A stretch of DNA of 10,172 nt from Candidatus Iainarchaeum sp. GTDB lineage: Archaea; Iainarchaeota; Iainarchaeia; Iainarchaeales; 0-14-0-20-30-16. The stretch spans positions 1 to 10,172 of the forward strand of contig CAIWXP010000065.1 in assembly GCA_903916665.1 (NCBI GenBank), given 5' to 3'. The notes under the pieces are model-generated. The model made no database searches. It was given only the letters and a program-made list of their open reading frames with translations, and was not told the DNA's origin. This document shows, one piece after another, positions 1 to 7,105 of this stretch; the stretch's first letter is position 1, and each line of letters starts with the position of its first letter. The translations under genes and the position numbers were made by a program.

Positions 1-306
1 ATCTATATTTAATAATGAATTATCATTTTTTAATTTAATTTTATTTAATATTGGTTGTTTAAAAGTATCAAAAAACTTTTGTTCTTTTATTTTTGACATT
101 GTTTTCATTTCGCCCAATATTTTTTTTATTTGATCTTCCTTATTAGAATCTATTGTTCTTTTTACTCTCTTTTTATCAAATATAGAATCTAAAATAATGT
201 CAGAATTATTATTTTCATTAACATTAATTAATTTATCATCATTAAATCTTATTGTAATATCCTTTGCATTTAATTTAATATATCTTAATTTATCTGTAGC
301 ATTCAT
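1..306 (-). CDS. TldD/PmbA-family protein, N-terminal part (probable PmbA/TldE-like partner); truncated by the left window edge
   Basis: This ORF is not in the supplied track because it has no stop inside the window. My translation of the minus strand from ATG (306-304) stays open for 102 codons to position 1: MNATDKLRYIKLNAKDITIRFNDDKLINVNENNNSDIILDSIFDKKRVKRTIDSNKEDQIKKILGEMKTMSKIKEQKFFDTFKQPILNKIKLKNDNSLLNID. An open frame this long is unlikely by chance at this AT content. The start lies 2 nt after the tldD-like stop (309-311). The PmbA call rests mainly on the well-known tldD/pmbA pairing plus a loose resemblance to the family's N-terminal domain. Confidence 0.5.
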   Translation of the reverse strand, partial: MNATDKLRYIKLNAKDITIRFNDDKLINVNENNNSDIILDSIFDKKRVKRTIDSNKEDQIKKILGEMKTMSKIKEQKFFDTFKQPILNKIKLKNDNSLLNID

Positions 307-308
307 GT

Positions 309-1649
309 TTAACCAAGCCTCACATTTTTAATTAACATATATGGCCCAAAACAAGTAACATAGGCAGTTTGATTGTCTTTTCCACAAAACCCAGGAGATC
401 TTTCTTTTTCTGCACTTGATAAATCAACAATATTTTTTAATGAGTCTAATATATTGCCAGAAAATGATAAATTAATTTTTGTATCTACTATTTTTCTATT
501 TTTTATTATTTGTGCCTCTTTTACTCCAAATTGATAGGTCCCCAAAGCAGGATTAACCTGTCCGCCAGATCCTTTAGATAACAAAACTCCATTTTTCATA
601 GTTTCTATTAAATCAGATAATTTTTTATTTCCGGGAATAAAATAAGTATTTGTCATTCTTGGTATTTGAACATCATTAAATGTTTCTGCTCGAGACCCAC
701 CATTATTTTTTATTTTTAATAATTGTGAGTATCTAGTATTTGTAATATATTCATTTAATTTTCCATTTTTAATTAATTCTTTATTTTTTGCAATGAATCC
801 TTCATCATCATAATATAATGCACCAAATCTATTTTCTTTTGTGGGATCTGGATTATCTACTAAGTTCACAAAATCAGGTGCTAATTTAGTATTTAACTTA
901 TTTCTTAATATTGACATTTTATTATATATTGCATCGGCCTCACAGGCATGACCTATTGCTTCATGAGCCAATAAACCAGCTAAATCAGGATCTAATATAA
1001 TATCAAAAGTTCCTGAAAGTCCTTCTTTATATTTTAATTTTTCAAATGCCATTTTTTCAAATATTTCATTTTGATTTTGAAATTCAAAGAATTCATTATT
1101 TAATGCAGATGCTTTTCCTGTTCTATTTCTTTCATTTCTTAATGTGGTTCCGTTTTTTACAACTAGTTCGTTTCTTGTAAAGCCGTAGTGAGTTATTTTT
1201 TCAATTTCTGTATTTTCACAAATAATCATTCTAGATAATTTTGAATAATCATAATTTGCATAATGTGAAATTATTCCTTTTTTTAATTTTGTTTTATTTG
1301 CTAATTCTTTGGCAACAGTTTCTAAATCTAAATTTGATTCTTTTCCAATAGTTTTTTTATTTTTTATATATGATTCTTTTGGTTTATAATCCAAATTAGT
1401 ATATTTTTTAAATGCCAAATCAATTTTAAAATTATCCAAATCTTTTGGATTATTTGTTGAATAAAAATAACCGAATTTTCCAACAGTATAAAATATATTC
1501 AAACCAAAATTATCGCTTTGTGAAATTCCATCTATTTTTCCTTCTTTTGCAACTAAGTTTTCAGCATAAACGTTTTCTAACATAATTCTGTAGAAATCAC
1601 AATCTTTTAATTTTGATTTTAATTTATCAATACCGTAATCAAATTGCAT
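309..1649 (-). CDS. tldD: TldD-type zinc metalloprotease (TldD/PmbA family)
   Basis: The 446-aa ORF carries HEAIGHACEAD (aa 229-239, nt 933-965), which is the HExxxH..E metal-binding signature of TldD. Its Gly-rich C-terminal region (SKGSGGQVNPALGTYQFG ... GFCGK) is typical of the family. A GTGAT SD-like motif lies at 1658-1662, 8 nt upstream of the ATG, and the start is 14 nt downstream of the ndk stop. Confidence 0.85.
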   Translation of the reverse strand: MQFDYGIDKLKSKLKDCDFYRIMLENVYAENLVAKEGKIDGISQSDNFGLNIFYTVGKFGYFYSTNNPKDLDNFKIDLAFKKYTNLDYKPKESYIKNKKTIGKESNLDLETVAKELANKTKLKKGIISHYANYDYSKLSRMIICENTEIEKITHYGFTRNELVVKNGTTLRNERNRTGKASALNNEFFEFQNQNEIFEKMAFEKLKYKEGLSGTFDIILDPDLAGLLAHEAIGHACEADAIYNKMSILRNKLNTKLAPDFVNLVDNPDPTKENRFGALYYDDEGFIAKNKELIKNGKLNEYITNTRYSQLLKIKNNGGSRAETFNDVQIPRMTNTYFIPGNKKLSDLIETMKNGVLLSKGSGGQVNPALGTYQFGVKEAQIIKNRKIVDTKINLSFSGNILDSLKNIVDLSSAEKERSPGFCGKDNQTAYVTCFGPYMLIKNVRLG

Positions 1650-1663
1650 ATTTTCACATCACA

Positions 1664-2164
1664 TTAAAATGTATGTTTATCATCCAATCTTTCATAGGAA
1701 TGTAATTCTTTTTTCTCAAACCATAGATTAATTTCATATTCTGCTTCTTCTGGTTTTGCAGATGCATGTATTAAATTTGCAACATTTCTTTCGTGTTTAT
1801 TTGCATAATCTTTTGAAATGTGCGCAAAATCTCCTCTTATTGTGCCTGGTGCCGAATCAAAAGGAAAGGTAGTTCCAGCCATCTTTCTTACTATTGCTAC
1901 ACTATCAACACCCTCAAGAACTATTGCAATAACAGGTCCCATAATTAAATATTCGGTTAAATTATCTAAAATCTTTTGTCCGTGTCTTTCTTTAACATCA
2001 AAATAATGTTTTTCTGCAAATGCTTTATCGGCCCAAGCCATTTTCAAACCCACTATGTTCAAACCCACACGTTCAAATCTATGAATAATTTCACCACAAA
2101 CTCCTCTTTGTACTGCGTCTGGCTTTAATAAAACCAAAGTTCTTTGTAAATGTGTTCTGTCCAT
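1664..2164 (-). CDS. ndk: Nucleoside diphosphate kinase
   Basis: The ORF has classic NDK motifs: LVLLKPDAVQRG, GPVIAIVLEG, APGTIRGDF, and NLIHAS (the active-site His region, here HAS instead of the usual HGS). There is an extra segment of about 10 aa (HISKDYANKHERNVA) between GDFA and NLIH. An SD-like GGAGTGAT lies at 2168-2175, 3 nt upstream of the ATG. Confidence 0.93.
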   Translation of the reverse strand: MDRTHLQRTLVLLKPDAVQRGVCGEIIHRFERVGLNIVGLKMAWADKAFAEKHYFDVKERHGQKILDNLTEYLIMGPVIAIVLEGVDSVAIVRKMAGTTFPFDSAPGTIRGDFAHISKDYANKHERNVANLIHASAKPEEAEYEINLWFEKKELHSYERLDDKHTF

Positions 2165-2217
2165 GGTATCACTCCTTTATTGAATAAGTATATAATATAT
2201 ATAAAACAAAGGAATAT

Positions 2218-2224
2218 TTTATAA
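2218..2224 (+). promoter_or_regulatory. TATA-like box for the SpoIIM-like/XPD transcription unit (leaderless-type spacing)
   Basis: TTTATAA is centred about 26 nt upstream of the ATG at 2247, and there is no SD-like motif in between. This is the archaeal TATA-to-start spacing expected for a leaderless mRNA. Caveat: TATA-like strings are frequent in DNA this AT-rich. Confidence 0.3.
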
Positions 2225-2246
2225 GTCTTCTTGATATATTATATTC

Positions 2247-3107
2247 ATGGTATTGGAAAGCATATTTCACACTAGTTCACTTTTAGAGAACAAAGTACTT
2301 TTACTAGTTTACACTGCTTTTGTAACCTTAATTTCTGCTACCGTATCCTACATTTTTTATCAAAGTAGTGCAAGCATTTTAACAATTGCCTTTATTACAT
2401 TTGCATTTATGTATTTCTTAACAAAATTATACTTTAATAAAGAAAAAGAAGTTCTATCAAAAGAAGTGGGTTTTTTTAGAAGATATATTTTTGTTTTGGA
2501 AGTATATGTTAAAATTTTTATTGTTGTTTCAATTGTTTTTACAACAATGTATATTTTTTTACCTCATGAATATAGAGATGTAATTTTTAAGGAACAGGCA
2601 CAAACATTACAAAATGTAGGCAATCTACGAGATTCAATTAATTTATCAGGAAATTTATTTATTAATAATCCAGAAAATTTATTTATGTACATTTTCTTAA
2701 ATAATTTAGGTGTACTATTTGCAATTCTTTTATTTTCCTTTTTATATGGGGTTGGTGCGCTCTTTATTATTGTTTATCAAGCATCTGTTTTTGGAACAGT
2801 TGTAGGAACTAAAATATTATCTTTAATTCCGCAATATGTTGGTAGCGGAGTATATGGTCAGGTATTGGCAATTTTGCATGGTTCACTTTTAGGTTTGGGT
2901 TTGTTACCACATGGGATTTTTGAATTGTTTGCTTATTTTTTGGCAGCAGTAGTTGGAGGAATTGTTTCGGCAATTTTACACGGTCACTATATTGAAGTTA
3001 GAAAAAATTTAGTTAAAGTTATGTTCGATTTAGCAATTATTTTGGGTGTTGCATTAGTTTGTTTAGTTATAGGCGCAATAATTGAATCACATATCATTTT
3101 GAGTTGA
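2247..3107 (+). CDS. SpoIIM-family (DUF95-like) integral membrane protein
   Basis: The 286-aa ORF has multiple hydrophobic helices. The segments NNLGVLFAILLFSFLYGVGALFIIVYQASVFGTVVG and LLPHGIFELFAYFLAAVVGG resemble the conserved core of the stage II sporulation protein M family (NN...G...G... and PHGxxE motifs). Confidence 0.55.
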   Translation: MVLESIFHTSSLLENKVLLLVYTAFVTLISATVSYIFYQSSASILTIAFITFAFMYFLTKLYFNKEKEVLSKEVGFFRRYIFVLEVYVKIFIVVSIVFTTMYIFLPHEYRDVIFKEQAQTLQNVGNLRDSINLSGNLFINNPENLFMYIFLNNLGVLFAILLFSFLYGVGALFIIVYQASVFGTVVGTKILSLIPQYVGSGVYGQVLAILHGSLLGLGLLPHGIFELFAYFLAAVVGGIVSAILHGHYIEVRKNLVKVMFDLAIILGVALVCLVIGAIIESHIILS

Positions 3108-3108
3108 T

Positions 3109-4911
3109 ATGATGTATTTTCGTCATAATATAATGCGTCAAGGTCAAGATGCCTTAATTAAAGATATTTCTTTTTCTTTAGAAAATAAATTAATTGGTTT
3201 ATTTGAAGCACCAACAGGTTTGGGAAAAACTGATGCTGCGCTTTCTGGGGTGCTAGAATTTGCAAAAGAAAATAAAAAGAAAATATTTTTTATAACACCT
3301 AAAAATACACAACATAAAATAGTTATTGAAGCGGTAAGAGATATTAATAAAAAATATGATGCTGATTTTAAAATTGTTGATTTAGTTGCAAAAAATAATT
3401 TGTGCATAGATCCTTTTCTTTATGGTTTAGGACCAGAGTTTTATGAACTTTGTGAAAAGAAAATACATAAACAAATGTGTTTGCCCTATTTGAATGCCAT
3501 TGGTAAAGGTCCTTTAAAAAATATAGTTATAACTAAATTTTTGGCAGAATATAAACAGGTTTTACATAGTAATGAATTTAGAGAAGAATGTCAAAAGCAT
3601 GATATTTGTCCCTATGTTGCAAGTATTTTGGTTGCAAAAAATGCAGATATTGTTGTATGCGATGTAAATTATATTTTTGTTTCAAAAATAAGACAAAATT
3701 TGTTTAATGCCATGGGTATAGAATTAGAAGATTGTGTTTTTATTTTTGATGAGGCGCATAACCTTCCAAGTAGATTAAGAACTATTTTATCTGAAAGTTT
3801 GAGTGTAAAACAAATAAATTATGCAAGAAAAGAATTTGAACGTTGCCCAAAAGAAAATTTATATGATATAACTGATTTTTTAGAAACTTTAGAATATCTT
3901 TTTGAAAAACAAAAAGAAGGTTTAGTCGATGAAAATTATTTTGATAAGTTTTTTAAAGAAACTGAAATAATAGATTCATTGATTACTGCTGGTAACTTTA
4001 TTATTGAAAATGATAAGAAAAAACCCTATTTATTTAAAATTGCGAGTTTTATGGTTTCTTGGTTAAATGATAAAAAAGTAAAAACAAGATATAAAAAGCA
4101 AGATATAATTTCGATTAAAGGGTTAGATCCTAGTTTTTTATCAAACATTGTTTTTGAAGATTGTTTTGGTGCAATACTAATGAGTGCAACGTTTTCACCT
4201 ATGCAAATGTATGCGGATATTTTGGGAATTAAAAATCCATATATTAGACAATACGAAAGTCCTTTTCCAAAAGAAAATAAACTGGTAATGTATTTTGATG
4301 ATGTTACAACAAAGTATGAAGAGCGAAAAGAATCTTTACCAAACATATCAAAAATAGTTTTAGATACTATCAATAAAGTTTCTGGAAATATTGCGGTATT
4401 TTTTCCTAGCTATGATATTTTAGAAAGTGTTTATTTAAGAGTTTCAGAAAAAACAATTAAGAAAATTTATTTTCAGAAAAAGAACATGACTGTTCAAGAA
4501 ACAAAGAAATTAATTGAAGGATTTAAGAAAAATAAAGTTGGATTTGGTTCAGTTTTATTTGCAGTTGTTGGCGGTAGTTTTTCGGAAGGTGTAGATTATC
4601 CTGGTGATGATTTAATAGGTATTTTGATGGTTGGTTTTCCGTTTCCAGAACCTGATTTTGAAATGAATGCTTTGATTAAATTTTATGATGATCAAAATAA
4701 ATCTGGTTGGAATTATGCATACCTATATCCTACTGTTTCTAAAGTTGTTCAAGCCTGCGGAAGAGGAATAAGATCAGAAACAGACAAAGCATTTATTTTG
4801 CTTTTAGATAATAGGTTTGGTTGGTCAAAATATAAACCTTTATTTCCTTTAGATTATAATATTACCAAATTTGAACAAAAGAAATTCTCAGAATTTTTGA
4901 GTAAAATGTAA
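3109..4911 (+). CDS. xpd: XPD/Rad3 (DinG-superfamily) 5'-3' DNA helicase with 4Fe-4S domain
   Basis: Walker A is APTGLGKT (aa 34-41) and the DEAH box is FDEAHNL (aa 213-219). Cysteines C99, C115, C124 and C161/C167 (the latter in a CPY context) lie between them, where the XPD Fe-S cluster domain sits (nt ~3403-3609). Motif VI is QACGRGIRSETD. The start is 1 nt after the upstream TGA (3105-3107). Confidence 0.87.
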   Translation: MMYFRHNIMRQGQDALIKDISFSLENKLIGLFEAPTGLGKTDAALSGVLEFAKENKKKIFFITPKNTQHKIVIEAVRDINKKYDADFKIVDLVAKNNLCIDPFLYGLGPEFYELCEKKIHKQMCLPYLNAIGKGPLKNIVITKFLAEYKQVLHSNEFREECQKHDICPYVASILVAKNADIVVCDVNYIFVSKIRQNLFNAMGIELEDCVFIFDEAHNLPSRLRTILSESLSVKQINYARKEFERCPKENLYDITDFLETLEYLFEKQKEGLVDENYFDKFFKETEIIDSLITAGNFIIENDKKKPYLFKIASFMVSWLNDKKVKTRYKKQDIISIKGLDPSFLSNIVFEDCFGAILMSATFSPMQMYADILGIKNPYIRQYESPFPKENKLVMYFDDVTTKYEERKESLPNISKIVLDTINKVSGNIAVFFPSYDILESVYLRVSEKTIKKIYFQKKNMTVQETKKLIEGFKKNKVGFGSVLFAVVGGSFSEGVDYPGDDLIGILMVGFPFPEPDFEMNALIKFYDDQNKSGWNYAYLYPTVSKVVQACGRGIRSETDKAFILLLDNRFGWSKYKPLFPLDYNITKFEQKKFSEFLSKM

Positions 4912-4919
4912 TTATAATT

Positions 4920-4924
4920 GTGAT
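4920..4924 (+). promoter_or_regulatory. Shine-Dalgarno-like GTGAT for the MFS gene
   Basis: GTGAT lies 3 nt upstream of the ATG at 4928. It is complementary to the conserved 16S rRNA 3' end (..GAUCACCUCC). The same motif recurs before most non-first genes in the window. Confidence 0.45.
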
Positions 4925-4927
4925 AAA

Positions 4928-6109
4928 ATGAACGAATATAAATCAAATATTTGGAAAATGTATTTTTTCAATTTTTTAACTAGTCTATCTTTTTTTGGTG
5001 CTTTAATTGTTCCTTTTTTTACAACTTGGGGGCATTTAAATTTTACACAAATATTATTTTTACAATCTTGGTTTTCAATTTGGATTTTTATTTTAGAAGT
5101 TCCAACAGGAACCATTGCAGATTATTTTGGAAGAAAATATTCTGTTGCATTGGGGGCATTTGTTGTTGGAATTGGTGCAATTATTTACTCAATAACACCT
5201 AATTTTTATTTGTTTTTATTTGGTGAATTTCTATGGGCTTTAGGTGCTGCTTTAATGTCTGGAGCCGATGATGCTTTTATCTATGATTCTCTAAAGAAAA
5301 ATAAAGAAGAGAAAAAATCTAAAAAAATAATTTCAAGATATGAAACGTTTGCTTTGATAGGTGCGTTAGTTGCTGCATTGGTAAGTGGATTTATTGCAAC
5401 ATTTTTCGGAATACAATATACAATGATGTTTACTGCAATTCCTATGTTTTTAGGATTTATTGTGGCCTTTACATTAAAAGAGCCAAAAATAAAAATAAAA
5501 AAAGAATCAAAAAGATATTGGAAAATTTTTAAAACAGGTGTTAAATATTTATATGGTCACAAACCATTATGGTTTTTAATTTTAGATTCTGTTGTTATTG
5601 GCATATTATTTTATTATATTATTTGGGCCTATCAACCACTATTGCAAAACGCAGGAGTTAGCGTTGCGTTTTTTGGAATAATTCAAGCACTATTTTTTTG
5701 TAGTGAAATATTCTTTGTTAATATTTATTCAAAATTAGAAGCATTGGTAAAATCAAAAAGATTATTATTTTTTATAATTCCATTATTAGTAAGTGTTTTT
5801 TATATTGCAATTGCTTTTTTTAGATCAGTTTGGTTGATATTATTATTTGTATTTGTTGCAGGTGGCTTAGCCTATGCAAAAAGAACAATATTAAGAAGTT
5901 ATATGAATAAACACATTAAAGACTCAAGTACAAGAGCAACTGTTCTATCTTCAGTATCAATGATAAATAGATTTAGTTTGGCAATATTAAGTCCATTTGT
6001 AGGTATGTTAATGGATTGGTCACTAACCTATACATTAGTTTCAATAGGTATATTTGGATTAGTATTTACAATCTTTTCTAAAGTTAAAGAAGAACATTTA
6101 ATTGATTAA
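4928..6109 (+). CDS. Major facilitator superfamily transporter
   Basis: The 393-aa protein is hydrophobic throughout, with about 10-12 predicted helices. The loop 2-3 motif is MFS-like (GTIADYFGRKYSV, cf. G-x-x-x-D-R-x-G-R-R/K), and there is a central charged loop (KKNKEEKKSKK). The substrate is not inferable. Confidence 0.8.
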   Translation: MNEYKSNIWKMYFFNFLTSLSFFGALIVPFFTTWGHLNFTQILFLQSWFSIWIFILEVPTGTIADYFGRKYSVALGAFVVGIGAIIYSITPNFYLFLFGEFLWALGAALMSGADDAFIYDSLKKNKEEKKSKKIISRYETFALIGALVAALVSGFIATFFGIQYTMMFTAIPMFLGFIVAFTLKEPKIKIKKESKRYWKIFKTGVKYLYGHKPLWFLILDSVVIGILFYYIIWAYQPLLQNAGVSVAFFGIIQALFFCSEIFFVNIYSKLEALVKSKRLLFFIIPLLVSVFYIAIAFFRSVWLILLFVFVAGGLAYAKRTILRSYMNKHIKDSSTRATVLSSVSMINRFSLAILSPFVGMLMDWSLTYTLVSIGIFGLVFTIFSKVKEEHLID

Positions 6110-6160
6110 TTTAATCCAAACATTTATTAACTGTTTTGACCTAATTCTATTGTTATATAA

Positions 6161-6165
6161 GTGAT
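6161..6165 (+). promoter_or_regulatory. Shine-Dalgarno-like GTGAT for the first cassette gene
   Basis: GTGAT lies 5 nt upstream of the ATG at 6171. Confidence 0.45.
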
Positions 6166-6170
6166 AGGTT

Positions 6171-6374
6171 ATGACTGATGGCACAGTTAAAGTAAGAAAT
6201 CTTTCGAAGAGATTTATAGTTGTTGAAGGGGACGATGGTGCAAATTATACTGTTTCTACAAGAAGCACAGTAGGTCCTAAAGCGCAGGTTGGAGATCGAG
6301 TATCATTTGATAATGATCCAGATGAAACTAAAGGCAAGCGTGGAAAGAATATTAGAATTGCGGATTATGCTTAG
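6171..6374 (+). CDS. Small (67 aa) beta-rich protein, cold-shock-domain/OB-like fold with degenerate RNP motifs
   Basis: MTDGTVKVRNLSKRFIVVEGDDGANYTVS...VGDRVSFDNDPDETKGKRGKNIRI lines up by eye with E. coli CspA: [28 protein letters not shown]...[21 protein letters not shown]. The K-x-F-x(6)-DDG spacing is identical and G-x-[KR]-VSF is shared. The aromatic RNP1/RNP2 residues (W, F, F, H, F) are mostly replaced by aliphatic or polar ones. The gene has an SD upstream and roughly 40% G+C, against about 20% in the neighbouring MFS gene. Confidence 0.55.
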   Translation: MTDGTVKVRNLSKRFIVVEGDDGANYTVSTRSTVGPKAQVGDRVSFDNDPDETKGKRGKNIRIADYA

Positions 6375-6379
6375 GTGAT
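6374..6379 (+). promoter_or_regulatory. Shine-Dalgarno GGTGAT overlapping the upstream TAG stop
   Basis: GGTGAT lies 4 nt upstream of the ATG at 6384, and its first G is the last base of the TAG stop (6372-6374). This arrangement suggests translational coupling of cassette genes 1 and 2. Confidence 0.5.
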
Positions 6380-6383
6380 TTTT

Positions 6384-7100
6384 ATGCCAGAGAGACCAAT
6401 TTTAAGAAGAGCAGGAAAAATAGCAACAGGTATTGCATTAGGTAGCGTAGTATTAGGTTTGCATAGGGATGTTAATCCTGAACATATGCAAGCAAGAGAA
6501 GAACGAAGAATTGAAGAACGCGCATTTACATCTCCAAGTGAAATGTTAAAAAATCCTGAATTTAGAGCAGAATTAAAAGAATTAAATGATGGTTCAACAT
6601 CATTATTAAGAAAATATGAAAAAAAAGAATTAACTGCTAAAGATGTTAAAAATTTATTTTCGCAAATCGATGCAGATATTAATTATTTTAAATTAGAAGA
6701 TCCTCAATTTATGAGGGCGATGATTTTTTCTCCTGGTGACATGTATGATGATTTTAAAGCATTGGGAAAAAGAATAATTGATTTATTTGAAACTACTGGA
6801 AAAAGAGCATGGAATGATCCTCAAACTGTTGCTTTGGCAGAATTAATTGTTTTGGCAACATATATACATATGGCAAGAAATATTAGACGTAGAGGATACC
6901 AATATTGGCAAGGTGTAAAAAGTACTGATCCGTTTGCATTTAGTAATTATACTGATGTTTCAAAAAGTCAAACTGGAGAAATTGCATTCATGTTATTTTT
7001 TGCAGCAAATTATCCTAATTTAGCTGTGCCTATTGCATTATTTGGGCCCACAGTTAGATATTATTTAGCAAAAGGAATACCACGTAGAGTTAAGCGTTGA
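6384..7100 (+). CDS. Hypothetical membrane-anchored protein (orphan), Arg-rich
   Basis: The ORF track starts this gene at GTG 6375. I prefer the ATG at 6384 because the GGTGAT motif sits 4 nt upstream of it. The N-terminus (RRAGKIATGIALGSVVLGL) looks like a signal anchor or TM helix. A charged helical middle follows, and the C-terminal part has hydrophobic stretches (TVALAELIVLATYIHMA and GEIAFMLFFAANYPNLAVPIALFGP). I recognise no family motif. Confidence 0.6.
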   Translation: MPERPILRRAGKIATGIALGSVVLGLHRDVNPEHMQAREERRIEERAFTSPSEMLKNPEFRAELKELNDGSTSLLRKYEKKELTAKDVKNLFSQIDADINYFKLEDPQFMRAMIFSPGDMYDDFKALGKRIIDLFETTGKRAWNDPQTVALAELIVLATYIHMARNIRRRGYQYWQGVKSTDPFAFSNYTDVSKSQTGEIAFMLFFAANYPNLAVPIALFGPTVRYYLAKGIPRRVKR

Positions 7101-7105
7101 TTTAA

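Noticed and set aside
1818-2006. 62-aa plus-strand ORF inside ndk
   Set aside because: It lies entirely antisense to a very well supported ndk coding region. It has no SD or promoter context and its sequence is low-complexity, so I treat it as a shadow ORF.
3144-3407. 87-aa minus-strand ORF (and likewise the 4026-4373 minus-strand, 115-aa ORF) inside the XPD gene
   Set aside because: Both are antisense to helicase motifs that are clearly coding on the plus strand. Their sequences are hydrophobic and low-complexity, as is typical of reverse-frame artefacts.
4604-4655. C/D-box sRNA-like pattern: GTGATGA (4604-4610) ... TGATGG ... CTGA (4652-4655)
   Set aside because: It lies within the conserved XPD coding sequence (PGDDLIGILMVGFPFPEPDF). 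There is no D' box at the expected spacing and no terminal stem, so I consider it a chance occurrence.
4912-5115. 67-aa minus-strand ORF overlapping the MFS 5' end
   Set aside because: It is antisense to the MFS transporter's N-terminal helices and has no initiation signals, so I treat it as a shadow ORF.
6375-6383. GTG start at 6375 for the 241-aa protein, as in the ORF track
   Set aside because: The GTG is itself part of the GGTGAT SD motif. The ATG at 6384, 4 nt downstream of that motif, is the better-supported start.
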